A stretch of 64,000 nucleotides of DNA from Burkholderiaceae bacterium (GTDB lineage Bacteria; Pseudomonadota; Gammaproteobacteria; Burkholderiales; Burkholderiaceae_C). This document shows positions 59,901 through 64,000 of this stretch, piece after piece. The stretch covers positions 19,380 through 83,379 of the forward strand of contig JACKLM010000009.1 in assembly GCA_024235895.1 (NCBI GenBank). Reading direction: 5' to 3'. Positions within the stretch are counted from its first letter, which is position 1. Each line of letters opens with the position of its first letter. The position numbers and the translations under genes were made by a program. Below the pieces are notes generated by a model. That model did not search any database and was not told the origin of the DNA. It saw only the letters and a program-made list of their open reading frames with translations.

Positions 59901-60065
59901 GCCGCCGGCCTCGGTCATCAGCGTCACCGTCGGCTTGTTGAGGTCGGGAAAGACGTCCACCGGCATCTGCCGCACCGTGAGCGCGCCGTAGATCACGAGC
60001 AGCAGCGAGACCCCCAGGACGATCAGGCGCTGCTTCAGGGCGAGGCGGATGATCGCGTCGAACAT
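56961..60065 (-). CDS. Heavy-metal efflux RND pump (CusA/CzcA family)
   Basis: MPVDVFPDL, APEEVEQLVTFPIE, ISSIMGEI, GELVDDAVVGVEN, GRAELDEHAEG, ERLTPVLMTA. Confidence 0.9.
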   Translation of the reverse strand: MFDAIIRLALKQRLIVLGVSLLLVIYGALTVRQMPVDVFPDLNKPTVTLMTEAGGMAPEEVEQLVTFPIESSMNGMPGVTRVRSVSGVGLSIVYVEFEWGSDIYRNRQQISERLNLVREQLPEGIVPQLGPISSIMGEILLIALPADPAKVSPMQVREYADWVMRPRLLTVPGIAQVIPIGGEVRQYRVEIEPSQLQALGVERERLEAALRDFGANTSGGFLESQGREYLIRQIGRTSRIEDLRKLVVAVKNGQPILLDQVAEVKVAPAIKRGDAGYNGRPAVILSVQKQPAADSVQLTREVERALDELRRGLPPGVEAPQFLFKQANFIENSVANVEEALRDGAILVAVILFLFLLNVRTTLISLAAIPLSLLMTALVFRYFGLSINTMTLGGLAIAIGELVDDAVVGVENVLRRLKINRAQPSPRPVAEVIAAATLEVRSAIVYATLIIVLVFVPLFVLPGIEGRLFTPLGVAYIVSILASMIVSVTVTPVLAYYLLPRMKKLHAGDSPLVNGLKRWDARLLHWSFGRSRVLLAVALVAVVAAAASVPYFPRSFLPPFNEGTLTVNVLLDPGTSLAESNRIGEAAEKLIAQVPEVTLVGRRTGRAELDEHAEGVHYSELDVDLDPSARSREAIIGELRARLARLPAASNVGQPISHRLDHLLSGVRAQIALKIYGDDLDTLRGLAEDHRARLSRIAGVTDLQIEKQVLIPQIKIRVDYEQAARHGVAPGALLRSLEQMIEGERITQIVEGNRRFDLVVRLPESGRGLQALRKLLIETPSGHVPLSRLATIEDSEGPNQVSRENSRRRIVLSANTDGRDMSQVIADIRAELAARAMPEGYFIALEGQFQAQEDAARLIALLALVSLTMIFLVLYSRYRSAVLTAIIMGNIPLALVGSVVALWISGQPLSVAALVGFITLTGIATRNGILKISHYVNLCAFEGETFGDRMIVRGSLERLTPVLMTALVAAFALVPLLVSADAPGKEVLHPVAVVIFGGLVSSTLLDSLLTPVMFRLWGEKPLGRLLAQKEQTSF

Positions 60066-60069
60066 CGTC

Positions 60070-61224
60070 TTACCTCACCTGCGCCAGCAGACCGGCACCT
60101 TCGGTCACGACGCGCTCGCCATCGGCGAGCCCGTCGACCACGGCCGCTCGCGCGGCGTCCAGTGGCGCCACCTTCACGCGACGCTGGACGAAGCGCTCGG
60201 CGCCGTCGCGCACCCACACCGCGGTCTCGCCGGCGCCGATCTTGACCTGCGCCGCCAGCGGCAAGGCCACGCCCTTGACGGTGCGCGAGGTCTGGGCGAG
60301 CACCGTCAAGGGCTGACCCACGGCCAGCGGCGCGGTCGCGGATTCGACACGAAACAGCAGCGGCAGCGCCTGCTCGCGCAACTGCCGGCTGCCGCCGAGA
60401 AACCGCAGCTCCAGCATGCCGCCGGCCACCGGGGCCTGGGCGCGCGAGATGCCCTCGACGAGCGCCGCGTCATAGGCCAGTGCCTCGACCAGCAAACGTG
60501 CCGGATCGATCACCTCGAAGAGGGTCTCCTTGGCGTCCACCACCTGCCCGGCCATCATGTGGGCCGCGCTGATCACGCCGGACACCGGGGCGCGCAAAGC
60601 CTCCGCCGCACCGAGTCCGGCAGCCATGGCGGCGCGGCGCTGCTTCAGGCCCTGCGCCTCGAGGCGCGCGGCCTCGATGGCCGAGCGCGAAACGCTGCCG
60701 TCCAGTTGCTCGTAGCGGTCCCGTTTGCGCTCGGCGATGGCGAACTGCGCGTCGATCTCGTCGATCTGGGCCTGCTGGTTCGCGCGCTCGATGCTGCTGG
60801 CCACCGGGTGCAGGATGGCCAGCACCTGCCCCCGCGTTACATTCTGGCCCACCGTCGGCAGCCCGCCAGCGACGGGATCGACCCGCCCCGCCTGGGTGGC
60901 CTGCACGCGGCCGCTGGCGTTCGGATCGGCGATGACCTTGCCGTTGAACTCGACCGTGGCGGCCAGGTCCCCCACCGTCACGACCACGTGGCGCAGGCCG
61001 AGCTCGCGCTGCACCGCCTTGGGCACGAACAGGCTGCCATCGGGCAGCCGCCGCGCCGAGACGGCCTCGCCGGGCGGGCCAAAGGAGCCGGGCCTGGCGC
61101 TCGCCGGCGGCTGGCTGTCCTGGGAATGGTCCTCCCCGCCATGGGCCAGGACAGGACCGCAGAATGCTGCGACGAATAACGCCGCGGCGACGGTGAAGAG
61201 CTTGGATTTCATTTGGTGATCCAT
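60070..61224 (-). CDS. Membrane fusion protein of the heavy-metal RND system (CzcB/CusB-like)
   Basis: Signal peptide followed by AHGGEDH, lipoyl-like halves, alpha-hairpin, LRAPVSGVI, VVTEGAGLL. Confidence 0.85.
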   Translation of the reverse strand: MDHQMKSKLFTVAAALFVAAFCGPVLAHGGEDHSQDSQPPASARPGSFGPPGEAVSARRLPDGSLFVPKAVQRELGLRHVVVTVGDLAATVEFNGKVIADPNASGRVQATQAGRVDPVAGGLPTVGQNVTRGQVLAILHPVASSIERANQQAQIDEIDAQFAIAERKRDRYEQLDGSVSRSAIEAARLEAQGLKQRRAAMAAGLGAAEALRAPVSGVISAAHMMAGQVVDAKETLFEVIDPARLLVEALAYDAALVEGISRAQAPVAGGMLELRFLGGSRQLREQALPLLFRVESATAPLAVGQPLTVLAQTSRTVKGVALPLAAQVKIGAGETAVWVRDGAERFVQRRVKVAPLDAARAAVVDGLADGERVVTEGAGLLAQVR

Positions 61225-61233
61225 GGCGTTCGA

Positions 61234-61755
61234 TCACGGCCTGCGCTGCCTGCGGCGGCGCACGAGGAGCAGCGCCACGCCGGCAAGCAGCACGGCGGCA
61301 GAGGCAATCCAGATCGCCCACTCGCTGCGGCTGTGCGCATGCTCGGGGGGGGCTGCCGGACCGGGGTGTTCCAGCGTGGCGCTCAGCAGATCGGCGCTGT
61401 CACGCGTCTGCACGGCAAGCGTCATCGGGTAGTTGCCGGCCTTGGCGAAGGCCTGGCCTGGCACGGCGTACACGCCCGGCCCGATCGGGGTGGCGATGGC
61501 CTTGAAGGCGCCGCTTTCGACCTCGATCTCGGCGTCGGCCACCGGCGCGTTGTCCGTGTAGCGGTCGAGGTAGAGGGTCAGCTTGCCCTGGGCGAGGATG
61601 GCGACCAGTTCGAACTCCTCGCTCTGCGCCACCGCGCGTGGCGCGATGTCGGCCTCCAGAGCGGGCGCGGCGGTGTCGCCGTGGTCCTCGCCGCCGTGCG
61701 CCCATGCGGTGAAACTGACGAGGCTGGCGATGCACAAGGCCAGCAGACCTCTCAT
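61234..61755 (-). CDS. Hypothetical periplasmic protein with C-terminal membrane anchor
   Basis: Signal peptide followed by AHGGEDHG, a beta-rich domain, EHAH, then TM WAIWIASAAVLLAGVALLLV and RRRRQRR. Confidence 0.75.
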   Translation of the reverse strand: MRGLLALCIASLVSFTAWAHGGEDHGDTAAPALEADIAPRAVAQSEEFELVAILAQGKLTLYLDRYTDNAPVADAEIEVESGAFKAIATPIGPGVYAVPGQAFAKAGNYPMTLAVQTRDSADLLSATLEHPGPAAPPEHAHSRSEWAIWIASAAVLLAGVALLLVRRRRQRRP

Positions 61756-63029
61756 GGCAGGACTCCCAGAGCTTGATGAAGGCGGGATTGCGCGGCACTT
61801 CTGGCCAGCCGGCTGCGGCTGAATGCGCCTTCGACGTCCAGGGCAACGGCGCGGGCGCGCAGCAGCGTGGCCAGGTCGGCCTCGCCGAGGGCAAACGACT
61901 TCTGCGCCAGTTGCAGGGTGTCTGCGGCCAGCATGCGGCGTTGGCGCGCCATATCGAGCTGCCGCTCGGCAACCGCGAGTTCGTCTCGGGCGCGGTCGGC
62001 ATCGAGTCGCAGCCGCTGGCGGGTGGTCGACAGCAGGGATTCGGCCTGCATCAGGTCCGCCAGGGCCGACGCCGTCTCATGCCGCACTCTGGGCCCCGAG
62101 GAGAGGGGCATAGTGAACCCGATGCCGATCTGGTTCGCGTATCGCTCGGAGAAGTCGCCCCGTTCGCGGACGAGGCGCAGTGCGAGCACGGGCGCGTCGC
62201 TCCGGGTGGCCTCGGCCACGCGCAGCTTGTCGCGCGCAGCCTGCACGCTGGCGGCCGCAGCCACCAGTTGCGGATGAGCTTCGGAGTCTCCCGGCGCGGC
62301 GGCCGGCGGCTCCTCGTCGAGCATGGCGGGGGCGGCCATGCCGGTCAGCCTGTTCCAGGCCTGTTCGGCGGCGAGCAAGGCCGAGCGTGCCTCCAGTTCC
62401 TCGGCCTGCGCGGCGAGGAACTCGCCTTGCGCCAGGTTGGCATCCACTCTTGGCAGTTCACCGGCCTGGTAGCGCCGCCGCACGTCGGCCTCCAGCGTGC
62501 GCGCCGTCTCGGTGCGCTGCCCCGCGAGACCGCTGGCCTGACGCGCGGCAGCCAGCTGCCACCAGGCTTCGCGCAGTTCGCCCGCGATCTGCAGGCGCAG
62601 CTCCTGGTTGCGCGCATCGACTTCGGCAGCTGCGCTTCGTGCCTGGGCCTGATGTGCGCTCCGCTGCCCCGGCAGCCACAGCGGCACGGCCACTTCGGCC
62701 TCCCACTCCCGCTGCCCGCGGTTGCTGTCGAAGCGGTCGGTCTTGTTAGAGACCGACAACGCCGGAGGGCCCGGCGTGAGGCTGGCGGCTAGGTCGCCTC
62801 GGGCCTTCGCCTCGGCCTTGCGCGCCGTCTGGGCAGCTGATTGCGGATGGCGCGACCAGGCTTGCTCCAGGGCCGCGGCCAAGGAGTCAGCCCGCACCGG
62901 CCACGCCGCAACCAGCAGCAGGCAGATCGCCGCCCTGGCGGCCGATGCCGAGGCACGTGCGCCCCTTGCAGGACGTGCCTGAGGCCTCTTGCATGGCGCA
63001 ATCCTCAGATCGAAGGGCAATGCGTTCAT
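61752..63029 (-). CDS. TolC-family outer-membrane factor (CzcC-like)
   Basis: Helical heptad pattern, ELREAWWQL, RRYQAGEL, QKSFALGEADL. Stop overlaps the next ATG. Start uncertain (63029 chosen). Confidence 0.82.
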   Translation of the reverse strand: MNALPFDLRIAPCKRPQARPARGARASASAARAAICLLLVAAWPVRADSLAAALEQAWSRHPQSAAQTARKAEAKARGDLAASLTPGPPALSVSNKTDRFDSNRGQREWEAEVAVPLWLPGQRSAHQAQARSAAAEVDARNQELRLQIAGELREAWWQLAAARQASGLAGQRTETARTLEADVRRRYQAGELPRVDANLAQGEFLAAQAEELEARSALLAAEQAWNRLTGMAAPAMLDEEPPAAAPGDSEAHPQLVAAAASVQAARDKLRVAEATRSDAPVLALRLVRERGDFSERYANQIGIGFTMPLSSGPRVRHETASALADLMQAESLLSTTRQRLRLDADRARDELAVAERQLDMARQRRMLAADTLQLAQKSFALGEADLATLLRARAVALDVEGAFSRSRLARSAAQSRLHQALGVLP

Positions 63030-63105
63030 GGCACCGAGGCCGCCAAAAGAGTTGCTGACGGCCCGGATGCTGCCGATTTGGCGCGAACCGCCCGATGACG
63101 CACGC

Positions 63106-63121
63106 ATTACGATGGCGTCAT
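63106..63121. promoter_or_regulatory. Candidate CusR/CopR/CzcR box in the divergent promoter
   Basis: ATTAC-GATGGC-GTCAT resembles the 16-bp heavy-metal response-regulator palindrome, nested in the IR GATGACG (63094) / CGTCATC (63116). Confidence 0.5.
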
Positions 63122-63217
63122 CTGTTCGTCATGTTCCGGAAAGCCAGCCAGGGGTACGGTCCCGATGCTTGCGCCGCGCCCCCCCGGCGCCAGCCCGCCG
63201 AACCGGAGACAAGCCGC

Positions 63218-63901
63218 ATGAAACTGCTGATCGTCGAGGACGAGAGCATCACCGCGGACTACCTGCGGCAGGGCTTGAGCGAAGCCGGCTTCCTCGTCGA
63301 GCTGGCGCGCACCGGCCTGGACGGCCATCACCTGGCCATGACCGGCGACCACGATCTGCTGATCCTGGACGTGATGCTGCCGGACGTGGACGGCTGGCGC
63401 ATCCTGAAGTCGCTGCGCGACGCGGGCCGCCACACGCCGGTGCTCTTCCTGACCGCGCGCGACAGCGTGCACGACCGCGTCAAGGGCCTCGAAGCGGGGG
63501 CCGACGACTACCTCGTCAAGCCGTTCGCCTTTGCCGAACTGCTGGCGCGGGTGCGCACCCTGCTGCGCCGGGGTGTCGCGCCCGCCATGGACGAACGCCT
63601 CGAGGTGGCGGACCTGGTGCTCGACGTGCCGCGCCGCCGTGCCACGCGCAGCGGCCGGCGCCTGGCCTTGACGGCCAAGGAATATGCACTGCTCGAGCTG
63701 CTGGTGCGCCGCCGCGGCGAGGTGCTGCCCCGCTCGCTGATCGCCTCGCAGGTCTGGGACATGAACTTCGACAGCGATTCCAACGCGATCGACGTCGCCA
63801 TCCGGCGTCTGCGCGGCAAGGTCGACGACGGCTACGAGCCCAAGCTCATCCAGACCGTGCGTGGCATGGGTTACATGCTGGACCTCCCCGATGCCCCGTG
63901 A
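63218..63901 (+). CDS. Heavy-metal two-component response regulator (CusR/CzcR, OmpR family)
   Basis: [63 protein letters not shown]. Confidence 0.93.
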   Translation: MKLLIVEDESITADYLRQGLSEAGFLVELARTGLDGHHLAMTGDHDLLILDVMLPDVDGWRILKSLRDAGRHTPVLFLTARDSVHDRVKGLEAGADDYLVKPFAFAELLARVRTLLRRGVAPAMDERLEVADLVLDVPRRRATRSGRRLALTAKEYALLELLVRRRGEVLPRSLIASQVWDMNFDSDSNAIDVAIRRLRGKVDDGYEPKLIQTVRGMGYMLDLPDAP

Positions 63902-64000
63902 GGCAGGCCATCGCCGCCCTTGGTCGCTCGCGCTGCGGATCACGCTCGTCGTCAGTCTGACGATCGGTGCGGCGTTTGCGATCAGTGCGTGGCTGGTCTC
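63891..64000 (+). CDS. Heavy-metal sensor histidine kinase (CusS/CzcS type), 5' fragment truncated by the window end
   Basis: ATG 63891 reads [36 protein letters not shown] (SL.LR motif plus first TM), overlapping the regulator stop. Too short to appear in the ORF track. Confidence 0.75.
   Translation, partial: MPREAGHRRPWSLALRITLVVSLTIGAAFAISAWLV

Overview
A 64 kb, very GC-rich (roughly 70% or more by eye) chromosomal segment of a Burkholderiales betaproteobacterium; gene content suggests a Rubrivivax/Piscinibacter/Caldimonas-like organism (inference). Left to right it contains: (i) a WS/DGAT, two alpha/beta hydrolases, dusA, mtnA and a class II aldolase in one run; (ii) a ~15 kb minus-strand polyamine utilisation cluster (omega-aminotransferase, puuB/D/A-like gamma-glutamylation genes, spuC-like aminotransferase, potFGHI, DUF3138-type porin, puuC, DMT exporter) followed by an Lrp regulator, a hemerythrin-like protein and agmatinase; (iii) aceA with a palindromic operator, followed by a 670 bp intergenic region full of nested inverted repeats; (iv) a gbd-like Fe-ADH, an esterase, a thioesterase-GNAT fusion, ygfZ and mltG-tmk-holB-pilZ-tatD; (v) a Xer dif site at 35031-35058 where KOPS motifs switch strand, i.e. 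probably the replication terminus; (vi) lutABC, a Rid protein and a Liv-type ABC transporter; (vii) a methyltransferase with an internal VNTR, an AcrR/AcrAB-OprM-type pump, a TRIC-family protein, gshA, gst, tRNA-Pro(TGG), rraA and a LysM/BON protein; (viii) from ~56.45 kb a heavy-metal RND efflux block with its two-component regulator, cut by the window end. I found no CRISPR array, integrase or transposase. Family names come from motif recognition and memory, not from database searches.
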